A stretch of DNA of 64,000 nucleotides from a virus (taxonomy: Duplodnaviria > Caudoviricetes), in IMG/VR virus record IMGVR_UViG_3300012667_000440, positions 1-64,000 of that record, one strand, 5' to 3'. The notes below the pieces were generated by a model. That model ran no database searches. It worked only from the letters and a program-made list of their open reading frames with translations, and was not told the origin of the DNA. This document shows, one piece after another, positions 1 to 8,921 of this stretch (within the stretch, counting starts at the first letter, position 1; each line of letters begins with the position of its first letter). Made by a program: the position numbers and the translations under genes.

Positions 1-486
1 AGTGAAGCAGTAACATTCTTCACTGGTATCGAAATTGAACACACACCAGCGTTTGGCAAACAAACGCTGTTTGTTACTGGTATTCAACCCTTTGAAAGTA
101 TTGCTCTAAACTTGCAAGGTTGCGAGCATATTTTCTTTGGTGCGAATCATAGTTTCAATCCGTCTAATTGGCAAGAATGGCATGACTGGGAAGAAATGAT
201 TGAATTCTTTTTACAGAAAGATTATCTTTGCAGTCTTGACATTCCACTAAGTGCTGTAGAAGAGTTCCACGAAAACGGACTTAACGTATACAATAACTTT
301 ATTCCGCAAATTCGAGTGCCTATTCCGTATATCAAATTGTGGAATTACAATACTATGCTTAAGATCGATGATAAAGATTTTAACGCTACAAATCCAGGTG
401 TATGGTCACACAGTCTGCACACGCTACAAGATCGCAGTAAGTTTACTGATTGGTCACAATATAAAAACGACAAGATTATCAAATGA
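1..486 (+). CDS. Hypothetical protein of the 7-deazaguanine cluster (5' end cut by window edge)
   Basis: Frame 1 is open from base 1 (SEAVTFFTGIEIEHTPAFGKQTLFVTG...) into the 112..486 ORF; its stop overlaps the next ATG (ATGA). Confidence 0.7.
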   Translation, partial: SEAVTFFTGIEIEHTPAFGKQTLFVTGIQPFESIALNLQGCEHIFFGANHSFNPSNWQEWHDWEEMIEFFLQKDYLCSLDIPLSAVEEFHENGLNVYNNFIPQIRVPIPYIKLWNYNTMLKIDDKDFNATNPGVWSHSLHTLQDRSKFTDWSQYKNDKIIK

Positions 487-869
487 CTACAGAAAAATCA
501 ATGATCTGGGTTACCTTTCAGAAAGAAGGTATTCATCTGTATCCAGCAGCAGCTACAGCACCTGAACTTAAAACAGGCGACATGTATGATGTAAGTTTCC
601 TCGGTGCTCCGCATCGTCATATTTTTCATTTTAAAGTTTATATCGAAGTCTTCCATGATGACCGAGATTTAGAGTTTATTCAGTTTAAGCGTTGGCTTGA
701 GAAGTGCTACAATGACGGCACACTTGAGCTTAACCATAAATCCTGCGAAATGATTGCTCGCGATTTGCAAGCAACTATTAGCGCAAGATATTCAGGTCGT
801 GAGATCTGGATTAGTGTAAGTGAAGACAACGAGAATGGTTGCTTCATTAAATTTCCTTCAACCCTTTAA
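483..869 (+). CDS. QueD-like (6-pyruvoyl-tetrahydropterin synthase-like T-fold) protein
   Basis: 128 aa; N-terminal His (GIHLY) plus HRH in place of the QueD HGH zinc motif; DRDLEF and SCEMIA segments; clustered with folE and queE. Confidence 0.65.
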   Translation: MTTEKSMIWVTFQKEGIHLYPAAATAPELKTGDMYDVSFLGAPHRHIFHFKVYIEVFHDDRDLEFIQFKRWLEKCYNDGTLELNHKSCEMIARDLQATISARYSGREIWISVSEDNENGCFIKFPSTL

Positions 870-889
870 TTTTTAAACAAAGGTAAACT

Positions 890-1114
890 ATGGCACAGCC
901 ATCATATATTCAAAAAACTCTCCGTATGAAACCCGAAGTGGAAAAGATCTTTGATGATCTTGAGAAATGGCACGATTACTGCCGTTTCAATCTTCTTCCG
1001 TTTGTTCCGAGCGACTTGTATCGATCGCAGGAATACAAACACTTTGCTCGTCCAGCATGGGATGGAGTGCGTAGGCCTTATAAGGGCACTCGTCCAAACA
1101 ACCGGATGAATTAA
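890..1114 (+). CDS. Hypothetical protein
   Basis: 74 aa ORF, AAGGT RBS, abuts the next gene. Confidence 0.7.
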   Translation: MAQPSYIQKTLRMKPEVEKIFDDLEKWHDYCRFNLLPFVPSDLYRSQEYKHFARPAWDGVRRPYKGTRPNNRMN

Positions 1115-2182
1115 ATGACAATCTTCATCGTCGATATAGAGGCGGTGGAGACCAGGTACACGGGACAGTGGAAGTCTCATGTACCTGCTCTCTTACGAAA
1201 GGAAGGACACAATGTTCAAGTTATCAGTGGCCCTGAAGATATTCCTGCTGCTACCACTCCAGGCGCTTTTCTTAATTTTGGTGGCACCAATATCTATAAG
1301 TCTAGTCAAATTGAACAGATTGGCAGACTATTTTGCGCGGGATCCGTTAATGCTGGCGACCACTTTTTGTTTACTGATGCGTGGCACCCAGGCATTATCA
1401 ACTTAAAATACATGAGCGAACTTTTACAGATTCCTGTAAAGATTCACGCACTGTGGCACGCTGGCAGTTATGATCCGCAAGACTTCTTAGGACGTCTTAT
1501 CGGAGATGCACCGTGGGTTAGACATGCTGAGCAGAGTTTCTTCCATGCAATCGATCACAACTACTTTGCCACACAATTTCACAGCACAATGTTCTTAGAG
1601 AACTTGTTAGGTGGCGCTGAAGATCGAAAACATTATTTTCCAAGTAAGAAAATTGTGCATACTGGTTGGCCAATGGAGTATATGGAAAATACGTTAACAA
1701 TGTATCAGAATATGCCTAAGCGTGATCTTATTTTGTTTCCGCATCGTATTGCTCCAGAAAAGCAAGTTGAAATTTTTCGAGATTTGAAAAAATATTTGCC
1801 GCAATATGAATTTGTAGTATGCCAAGATCAACAGCTAACTAAGAATGAGTATCACAATTTATTAGGTGAAGCAAAGTTAGTGTTCAGTGCAAACTTGCAA
1901 GAAACATTAGGCATTAGCTGCTACGAAGGAGCACTGGTCAATGCTATTCCTATGGTGCCAGATCGATTGTCTTATAAAGAAATGTATTACGATACATTTA
2001 AGTATCCAAGTTTGTGGACAGAAAGCTACGAAGATTATGATCAACACCGTCATGTACTTTGTAATAAAATTGTTCAATATATGAATAACTATGAACAATT
2101 TAAGTTTCAGATTAACAAACAAGCAATTGCACTAACTGAAAATTTTTTTAGTGCAAATCGATTATTAGAGAATTTAAAATGA
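1115..2182 (+). CDS. GT-B fold glycosyltransferase (GT4-like)
   Basis: ILFPHRIAPEKQ and the ExxxxxxxE motif (QETLGISCYEGA) of retaining GT-B enzymes. Confidence 0.8.
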   Translation: MTIFIVDIEAVETRYTGQWKSHVPALLRKEGHNVQVISGPEDIPAATTPGAFLNFGGTNIYKSSQIEQIGRLFCAGSVNAGDHFLFTDAWHPGIINLKYMSELLQIPVKIHALWHAGSYDPQDFLGRLIGDAPWVRHAEQSFFHAIDHNYFATQFHSTMFLENLLGGAEDRKHYFPSKKIVHTGWPMEYMENTLTMYQNMPKRDLILFPHRIAPEKQVEIFRDLKKYLPQYEFVVCQDQQLTKNEYHNLLGEAKLVFSANLQETLGISCYEGALVNAIPMVPDRLSYKEMYYDTFKYPSLWTESYEDYDQHRHVLCNKIVQYMNNYEQFKFQINKQAIALTENFFSANRLLENLK

Positions 2183-2985
2183 TAAAAGATAGTATCGCAA
2201 TTATTGGTTTAGGATTTGTCGGAAAAGCAATTGCAGACTCGATAGAGTTTTCAATGTCTATGGTCATGATTGATCAGGCTAAAGGTTATAATAATACATA
2301 CAAAGATATTAAACTGCACAAATGCAGTGCTGTCTTTATATGCGTCCCAAGTCCGCAAGGTGATGACGGTAGTTGCGATACTAGTATTTTAGAATCTGTA
2401 TTAAAAGAATTAAAAGCAGTTGACTATAATGGTGTTATCATCAGCAAATGCACAGCACCGCCAGACGTCTACACAAGGTTAAACGAGTTATATCCCAATT
2501 TAGTTCATGCTCCAGAGTTTTTAACTGCGGCAAATGCCCTCAAAGATTATTGTAATGGAAAGTTTTCTATTATCGGTGGAAAAATTCCTGCATACATGAG
2601 AGAAGCCGAAAGAGTAATTAGAATTTCTCAACCGTGTCTTGAAAGAGTTGAGCATTGCACTATCGGCGAAGCTGCATTAGCAAAATATACAATCAATTCA
2701 TTCTTAGCAACTAAGGTTGTGTTTATGAATGAAATGTATGAGATTGCAACAGCAGCTGGATTGGATTATACAACTATTTCAAAATTAGTATCTTTAGATG
2801 CACGTATCGGGCAAAGTCATCTTAAAGTTCCGGGTCCAGATGGATCATTAGGGTTCGGAGGAATGTGCTTTCCCAAAGATACTGCGGCATTATTAAAATA
2901 TGCAGAAAACAACAGCGTTAATTTAAATGTGTTGGACGCTGCTGTAAAGAAAAATACACTGCTTAGGTTGCAGGAATCTAAATAA
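2179..2985 (+). CDS. ugd: UDP-glucose/GDP-mannose dehydrogenase family protein (short form)
   Basis: IIGLGFVG Rossmann motif, FICVPSP, IISKCT, PEFL, KYxxNSFLATKV, catalytic GFGGMCFPKD. Confidence 0.88.
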   Translation: MIKDSIAIIGLGFVGKAIADSIEFSMSMVMIDQAKGYNNTYKDIKLHKCSAVFICVPSPQGDDGSCDTSILESVLKELKAVDYNGVIISKCTAPPDVYTRLNELYPNLVHAPEFLTAANALKDYCNGKFSIIGGKIPAYMREAERVIRISQPCLERVEHCTIGEAALAKYTINSFLATKVVFMNEMYEIATAAGLDYTTISKLVSLDARIGQSHLKVPGPDGSLGFGGMCFPKDTAALLKYAENNSVNLNVLDAAVKKNTLLRLQESK

Positions 2986-2996
2986 TACTGTATTAT
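2968..2996 (+). promoter_or_regulatory. Sigma70-like promoter for folE, with a nested TAAATA late box at 2979-2984
   Basis: TTGCAG (2968-2973), 17 nt, TATTAT (2991-2996); CTG precedes the -10 as in the promoters at 7672 and 8868. Confidence 0.55.
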
Positions 2997-3042
2997 AAAG
3001 AATAGGCAATCCTCTGCCTTTAAACATCGGAGAATAATAAAA

Positions 3043-3738
3043 ATGAGTGAAAAGAACCTATCGCAAGTTATCCGCGAAAGAATGAAAAGCGATAACAAAC
3101 GCTTCTGGGCAGGCGACAACATTAGCGACTATGTTGATAATAATGTATTGCCAGAACTAATTGATGAAGCAGCAGTAGCATTCGAAGGCGTGCTAGATGC
3201 ATTGCTAATTGATCGAGAAAACGATCCGAACTCTAAAGGTACAGCCAAGCGCCTTGCTAAAATGTACTACAATGAAATAATGGCAGGTAGATATGAACAA
3301 GCACCCGATGCAACAGCTTTCCCAAATGATAGCGAAGATAGATACGACGGTATGCTTGTGGTACGTTCTGAGCTTCGTAGTATGTGCTCACATCATCACC
3401 AACCTGTTAGCGGTGTGGCTTATATTGGTATTATTGCCGCTCAAAAGCTCATTGGTCTTAGCAAGTATACTCGTATTGCTCAGTGGTGTGCTCGGCGTGG
3501 CACACTTCAAGAAGAATTGGCTAATGATATCGCTCGTGAGATCATGAAAGCAACTGACGCCAAAGACGTCGGAGTTTATATTCAAGCCGTGCATGGTTGC
3601 TGTGAGAATCGAGGCATTATGGCACATAGTTCGTTGACACAGACCACTGTTCTAAAAGGCGCATTCAAAGATGATCAAAGCACAAAGAAAGAGTTCTTTG
3701 ATAATATTAAATTACAACAGGATTTTGCGCCAAGATGA
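3043..3738 (+). CDS. folE: GTP cyclohydrolase I
   Basis: SMCSHHH, IGLSKYTRI, LQEEL, HGCCENRGI motifs. Confidence 0.95.
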   Translation: MSEKNLSQVIRERMKSDNKRFWAGDNISDYVDNNVLPELIDEAAVAFEGVLDALLIDRENDPNSKGTAKRLAKMYYNEIMAGRYEQAPDATAFPNDSEDRYDGMLVVRSELRSMCSHHHQPVSGVAYIGIIAAQKLIGLSKYTRIAQWCARRGTLQEELANDIAREIMKATDAKDVGVYIQAVHGCCENRGIMAHSSLTQTTVLKGAFKDDQSTKKEFFDNIKLQQDFAPR

Positions 3739-3926
3739 TTAAACTAAAATTAGTCGAGATAGGAAGTAAATGGTTTAGCGGAACAAGAGACAAAATCTTT
3801 ATTGTTACCGACTTATACGAAAAAGATGAAAACATGTGGATAAGTTATTCAAATGAAGACAAGACTTATAGTTGTTTAATCGAAGCATTTACTCAAAAAT
3901 TTATAGAGATTCGAAATGAAAATTAA
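3735..3926 (+). CDS. Hypothetical protein
   Basis: 63 aa ORF overlapping the folE stop and the queE start. Confidence 0.6.
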   Translation: MIKLKLVEIGSKWFSGTRDKIFIVTDLYEKDENMWISYSNEDKTYSCLIEAFTQKFIEIRNEN

Positions 3927-4773
3927 AATTGCAGAACTGTTTTACAGTATTCAAGGAGAAGGACGCTACATGGGCGTCCCGTCGGTATTTTTAAGAACTT
4001 TTGGTTGTAACTTTAAGTGCGCCGGATTTGGTATGCCTCGTGGCGAACTGAGCACAGAAGCGGATGCTATTGCAGTAATGCATGAAAACATTCCGTATCC
4101 AGATTACAAAATGCTACCACTTGTTAGTACAGGGTGTGATAGCTATGCAAGTTGGGATCCAAGATTTAAAGATCTATCTCCGTTGATGGAAACAGGCGGT
4201 ATTGTAGATCGCATTATGGAAATTATTCCACACGGTGAATGGCAGGATGAACATCTTGTTATTACAGGCGGCGAGCCGTTGTTAGGATGGCAAAAGGCTT
4301 ATCCAGAATTATTAAATCATCCTAAGATGGCAGGTCTAAAAGAGATCACATTTGAAACAAATGGTACAATGCGATTGACAAAGGATTTTAAAACATATTT
4401 AGGCATGTGGCAGAATCAAGATCACAAACTAGAGCGAGAAGTTACATTTAGTGTAAGTGCAAAACTTCCATGCTCCGGAGAACCGTGGAGTGATGCAATT
4501 AAGCCAGAAGTTATCTGTGACTACGAAACAGTCGGAACAGTATATTTGAAGTTTGTTATCGCTACAGAACAAGATTTTGAAGATGCACAACGAGCAACTA
4601 AAGAATTTCGTTCCGCAGGTTTTAAAGGACACGTTTATCTAATGCCAATAGGTGGTGTAGAAAGCGTGTATGCGTTAAACAATCGCAACGTAGCAGACTT
4701 AGCAATGAAACATGGATTACGTTATAGTGATCGATTACAAGTTCCATTGTTTAAAAATGAGTGGGGCACTTAA
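3916..4773 (+). CDS. queE: 7-carboxy-7-deazaguanine synthase (radical SAM)
   Basis: ELFYSIQGEG, VFLRTFGCNFKC...CDS, VITGGEPLL, FETNGT. Confidence 0.93.
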   Translation: MKIKIAELFYSIQGEGRYMGVPSVFLRTFGCNFKCAGFGMPRGELSTEADAIAVMHENIPYPDYKMLPLVSTGCDSYASWDPRFKDLSPLMETGGIVDRIMEIIPHGEWQDEHLVITGGEPLLGWQKAYPELLNHPKMAGLKEITFETNGTMRLTKDFKTYLGMWQNQDHKLEREVTFSVSAKLPCSGEPWSDAIKPEVICDYETVGTVYLKFVIATEQDFEDAQRATKEFRSAGFKGHVYLMPIGGVESVYALNNRNVADLAMKHGLRYSDRLQVPLFKNEWGT

Positions 4774-4781
4774 GGAAATAT

Positions 4782-5270
4782 ATGAGCTACATTAGAAATT
4801 TATTTGAAAAGATTACAGGAGTTGCCAAGCTCAAAGAAGAAGCTATTAAATCAGCAGCTGAATCAATTAAGTTAGCAGAAGATGCAAAACGCGAAGCAGA
4901 AGAAGCTGTAAAGGCTGCTGCTGATGCAAATAATGCGGCTGCGGCAGCTAAAATGGCAGAAGAACTGTCTAAGTTAGGACCCAAAGATCGCGCAACTGCA
5001 AAACAAGAACCGTATATTGCAGTATTAGAAACACATGTTAACGATCAGAATCCACGCAACGGCTTTTTTGAACTTGACTGGAACGAATACTTTGTTGTAC
5101 AATTAAAGTCTGCAGGATACTACGGCGATACAGATGAAGAAATCGTAGACAAGTGGTTCCAAGATCTTTGTCGCGGTATTGGTTCCGAAGAAGGTGTATC
5201 AATGGATCGCCGTGGCAGCGGTTATATTAACGTAAACAACTTAGGCAACGGTAAATCCGAAATTAGCTAA
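4782..5270 (+). CDS. Hypothetical protein with Ala-rich coiled-coil N-terminus
   Basis: ATG at 4782 follows AAGGA (the ORF track starts at GTG 4761). Confidence 0.75.
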   Translation: MSYIRNLFEKITGVAKLKEEAIKSAAESIKLAEDAKREAEEAVKAAADANNAAAAAKMAEELSKLGPKDRATAKQEPYIAVLETHVNDQNPRNGFFELDWNEYFVVQLKSAGYYGDTDEEIVDKWFQDLCRGIGSEEGVSMDRRGSGYINVNNLGNGKSEIS

Positions 5271-6262
5271 TGGCACAAACATTCATTCACGTAGACACAG
5301 CAAATACATTCTTCAGAGCACGCCACGTAGTTCGTGGTAGCTTAGAAGATAAAGTAGGCATGAGTATTCAAACTGTATTAAGCAGTGTTCGCAAGGCATG
5401 GCGTGAGTTTAAAGGCACTCACGTGATCTTCTATCTCGAAGGTCGTAGCTGGCGCAAAGATCATTACGCTCCGTATAAACGACAGCGTACTGAAGCCCGT
5501 GCTGCACAAAGTCCACGAGAACAAGAAGAAGATCGAGTGTTTTGGGAAACGTTTGACCAGTTTAAAGAGTTTGTGATTGAAAAGACTAACTGCACTGTGT
5601 TACGTCACCCACAATTAGAAGCAGATGATTTAATTGCAGGATTTATCTTAAGTCATCCAGATGATCAGCATATCATCATTTCAACAGACGGTGACTTTGC
5701 ACAACTAGTTGCGCCCAATGTAAAGCAATATAATGGTGTTATGCAGGTTACGACTACACATGAAGGCTACTTTGACGAAAAGGGCAAGCGAGTAGTTGAT
5801 AAGAAAACTAAAGAATTTAAGCCTGCTCCAGATCCAGAATGGTTGCTGTTTGAAAAATGTATGCGTGGAGACACAAGCGATAACATTTTTAGTGCGTATC
5901 CAGGTGTTAGAACAAAAGGTACTAAGAACAAAGTAGGGCTACAAGAAGCATTTGCCGATCGCAACTCTAAAGGCTGGTCTTGGAATAACTTAATGTTGCA
6001 AAAATGGGTAGATCACGAAGGTGTCGAACATCGAGTGTTAGACGATTACAACCGTAATAAATTGCTTTGTGATTTGACAGCACAACCAGATGAAATTAAA
6101 CTGTTAATTAAAGAAACAATCGATGCTGCAATTGCTGAAGAAAAGCAAATCAGCCAAGTGGGCATTAGATTGCTTAAATTTTGCACATCTTTTGATCTTG
6201 TTAAAGTATCAGAGCAAGTTACAAGTTATGCAGAACCTTTAAATGCAAGGTACCATCAATGA
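5270..6262 (+). CDS. rnh: T4 RNase H-like 5'-3' exonuclease
   Basis: SWRK...YKxxR, EADDLIA, ISTDGDFAQL, GDTSDNI motifs of the flap/5' nuclease family. Confidence 0.9.
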   Translation: MAQTFIHVDTANTFFRARHVVRGSLEDKVGMSIQTVLSSVRKAWREFKGTHVIFYLEGRSWRKDHYAPYKRQRTEARAAQSPREQEEDRVFWETFDQFKEFVIEKTNCTVLRHPQLEADDLIAGFILSHPDDQHIIISTDGDFAQLVAPNVKQYNGVMQVTTTHEGYFDEKGKRVVDKKTKEFKPAPDPEWLLFEKCMRGDTSDNIFSAYPGVRTKGTKNKVGLQEAFADRNSKGWSWNNLMLQKWVDHEGVEHRVLDDYNRNKLLCDLTAQPDEIKLLIKETIDAAIAEEKQISQVGIRLLKFCTSFDLVKVSEQVTSYAEPLNARYHQ

Positions 6263-6738
6263 ATACAAAAGCAAAAGTGCTAGTCCCTAATCGAGTTTGG
6301 ATTGTAGAAGATCACGGAACTAAGTTAGGCACATTGAATAAAGAAAAGAAAGGATACGCATTCTTTAGAAATGGAGTTAAAACACAACTCCATGATCTAT
6401 CTGACGTTAAAGAGCAGTTCGGAGCAGACTTATTTAGAGAAACTGTAGAAAGTATCAAGTCTGTAAAGGCTGCTGATAGCAAATACATCTACGATTATCC
6501 GTGTAGTAGCAAGCCGTATAATCCAGTGTATAACATAAAAAAGCGTTTGCCAATTTATGCTAAAAGTAGCAAGAGCAAAAGTCTATATTGTGCAGGCTAC
6601 TATGTTATACAGTTTAAAAAAGGATGGGTTAAGAGTTTTTGCCCTAAACTAATCACGTTAGAACGTTATCCATTTCAAGGACCATTTAAAACCGATGCTG
6701 AAATGAAAACTGTCTTAAATCAAGTTAACAAGCTATGA
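6259..6738 (+). CDS. Hypothetical protein
   Basis: 159 aa ORF coupled by ATGA overlaps on both sides. Confidence 0.75.
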   Translation: MNTKAKVLVPNRVWIVEDHGTKLGTLNKEKKGYAFFRNGVKTQLHDLSDVKEQFGADLFRETVESIKSVKAADSKYIYDYPCSSKPYNPVYNIKKRLPIYAKSSKSKSLYCAGYYVIQFKKGWVKSFCPKLITLERYPFQGPFKTDAEMKTVLNQVNKL

Positions 6739-6965
6739 AACAACTCAATACATTACCCATCGAAACCTTCTTAGATAAGGCTCGAATTGCCATCAAAAGT
6801 AATCAAAAACACCTCACTTTAGACATAAAAGAGGTGCAATCTTTGTCAGATAGTCTTGCAGTTGCTATGACACGTATTGCAGGCGATTTAGACGAGAAGT
6901 TAAACTCTGTCGAATCCACTCCAGCTGTTATACAAGTTAATATGGACGGCGGAGGGTTTAGGTAA
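6735..6965 (+). CDS. Hypothetical protein
   Basis: 76 aa ORF with ATGA overlap. Confidence 0.7.
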   Translation: MKQLNTLPIETFLDKARIAIKSNQKHLTLDIKEVQSLSDSLAVAMTRIAGDLDEKLNSVESTPAVIQVNMDGGGFR

Positions 6966-7002
6966 AACCTCGCTAAATAAATGCGTACTACGGAACGCAT
7001 AT

Positions 7003-7302
7003 ATGTCAAGACCTAAACCAACAGTGTTATTAGAAATAACCAATAAAAAAACTTACAAAACAGAACAGGTTTTAGAAGCTGACGCCATTTGGGCTGTCTT
7101 TTATAAAGGCAAGCCAGTGAATCTTAAAACCAGTTCTATTGTTGCACAACAACTAGGACCGAAGTACAAAAAAGTTAGTTTTTCCAATAGCGGTCACGCC
7201 TTCAATTTGGCAGAAAAACTAAACAAGTTGTTCAACTGTAGTGATTTCGAAGTTTATAAACTAACTACGGGTGAAAAGATCCTCGATGGATACCAAACTT
7301 AA
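7003..7302 (+). CDS. Hypothetical basic protein
   Basis: 99 aa; TAAATA late box upstream at 6974-6979. Confidence 0.75.
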   Translation: MSRPKPTVLLEITNKKTYKTEQVLEADAIWAVFYKGKPVNLKTSSIVAQQLGPKYKKVSFSNSGHAFNLAEKLNKLFNCSDFEVYKLTTGEKILDGYQT

Positions 7303-7675
7303 ACTAACTAAAGAATTCCTTAAAGATTCAGGTCTTCCCGATGATGAAAAAAGCCTGGAAAAATATTTGTGGACATGGTGGGTTAATCCAAGACTCAACG
7401 GAGATCGTAGTTTAGGTCTAACTACGCAAGGTTACGAAGTTATTTCAAAAGACGTAGGTCTTAAGTTTTATCAAATAGACCTCCCAAATAACATAGAAAT
7501 CACTAATCAACTAATCATATGGTTAGATAAGTTCATCGATTGCCCCTGGTATATGACCAAACGATCCATTTTTGTAAGCCGAGAAAAGATAGCTGTTCAG
7601 CTTGTGCTATTCAGTGGCGATCTACAAAAGTTTGGAAAGGCAAAAGACCGCGCGAATAACGCCACAATTACTTGA
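7286..7675 (+). CDS. Hypothetical protein
   Basis: ATG at 7286 (or GTG 7271), overlapping the previous gene. Confidence 0.7.
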   Translation: MDTKLKLTKEFLKDSGLPDDEKSLEKYLWTWWVNPRLNGDRSLGLTTQGYEVISKDVGLKFYQIDLPNNIEITNQLIIWLDKFIDCPWYMTKRSIFVSREKIAVQLVLFSGDLQKFGKAKDRANNATIT

Positions 7676-7700
7676 CCTAGACTAAGATCTTCTGTATAAT
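7672..7700 (+). promoter_or_regulatory. Sigma70-type (early) promoter for the AAA ATPase
   Basis: TTGACC (7672-7677), 17 nt, TATAAT (7695-7700). Confidence 0.85.
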
Positions 7701-7756
7701 TAAGCTATTGCAGCAAGCAATACACAGTAAACAACAACTTTTTAAGAAAGTCTATC

Positions 7757-8839
7757 ATGGCAGAAAAAATCTCCGCAAATCGTACAGTTACTCCTAACGA
7801 GGCTAAGAAAAGCCTGCGTAAGTGCATCAAGATCCAGCGTCCCGTGTTCATGTGGGGCCCCCCTGGTATCGGCAAGAGCGATATCGTTAAACAAATCGGC
7901 GACGAAGCAGGTCGCGAAGTTGTTGATGTGCGTTTGAGCTTGTGGGAACCTACTGACATTAAAGGTATTCCTTACTACAACAGCACCGAGAACACTATGT
8001 CTTGGGCACCTCCTGCAGAACTGCCTACTGATCCAGAATCTACTGCGATCTTGTTCTTGGACGAACTGAACTCTGCTGCTCCTGCTACACAAGCGGCTGC
8101 ATTCCAGTTAGTGTTGAATCGCCGTGTTGGTACTTATGTGTTGCCAAAAGGCGTTAGCATTGTTGCTGCTGGTAACCGCGAAACTGACAAAGGTGTTACT
8201 TATCGTATGCCTGCGCCGTTGGCAAACCGCTTCCTGCACTTGGAATTGCGCACTGACTTTGAAGACTGGTTGAACTGGGCTACACGTAATCAGCTGCACG
8301 AGCAAGTTGTCGGTTACTTGGGCTTTGCTAAACAAGATTTGTATGACTTTGATCCTAAGAGCCCTAGCCGTAGCTTTGCTACTCCACGTAGCTGGTCTTT
8401 CGTTAGCGACTTGCTCAAAGACGACGACTTGGATGACGGTACATTGACCGACTTGGTCGCAGGTGCTGTCGGTGAAGGCCTTGCTGTTAAGTTCATGGCT
8501 CACCGCCGTGTTGCTAAACAGATGCCTAACCCAAGCGATATCTTGGCAGGTAAGATTGGCAAGTGCAGCATCAAGGAAGTGTCTGCTATGTATTCTCTGA
8601 GCATCTCCATGTGCTACGAACTGCAAGAAGCAGACAAGAAGAAGACTAAAGGTTGGGATGCAATGGCAGACAACTTCTTCCGCTTCATGATGGACAACTT
8701 CCCAACAGAGTTGACTGTTATGGGTGCAAAGATTGCACTGACTAACTACAACTTGCCGTTCGATGCTTCTAAGCTGAAGAACTTCGACGAGTTCCACGAC
8801 AAGTTCGGCAAGTATATCATCCAAGCAATGGAAGGTTAA
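7757..8839 (+). CDS. MoxR-like AAA+ ATPase
   Basis: Walker A GPPGIGKS, Walker B LFLDELN, AAGN sensor, PLANRF arginine finger, TPRSW. Confidence 0.9.
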   Translation: MAEKISANRTVTPNEAKKSLRKCIKIQRPVFMWGPPGIGKSDIVKQIGDEAGREVVDVRLSLWEPTDIKGIPYYNSTENTMSWAPPAELPTDPESTAILFLDELNSAAPATQAAAFQLVLNRRVGTYVLPKGVSIVAAGNRETDKGVTYRMPAPLANRFLHLELRTDFEDWLNWATRNQLHEQVVGYLGFAKQDLYDFDPKSPSRSFATPRSWSFVSDLLKDDDLDDGTLTDLVAGAVGEGLAVKFMAHRRVAKQMPNPSDILAGKIGKCSIKEVSAMYSLSISMCYELQEADKKKTKGWDAMADNFFRFMMDNFPTELTVMGAKIALTNYNLPFDASKLKNFDEFHDKFGKYIIQAMEG

Positions 8840-8843
8840 TAAC

Positions 8844-8864
8844 AGGGCCCTTCGGGGCCCTTTT
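8844..8864 (+). terminator. Rho-independent terminator
   Basis: AGGGCCC-TTCG-GGGCCCT followed by TTT; cUUCGg tetraloop typical of T4-like terminators. Confidence 0.85.
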
Positions 8865-8867
8865 AAC

Positions 8868-8896
8868 TTGCTATTTCCTACAGAAGACTGTATAAT
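8868..8896 (+). promoter_or_regulatory. Sigma70-type (early) promoter for the peptidase-VWA gene
   Basis: TTGCTA (8868-8873), 17 nt, TATAAT (8891-8896). Confidence 0.8.
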
Positions 8897-8921
8897 TAAT
8901 GTATTGCAACAAAGGATAGTT

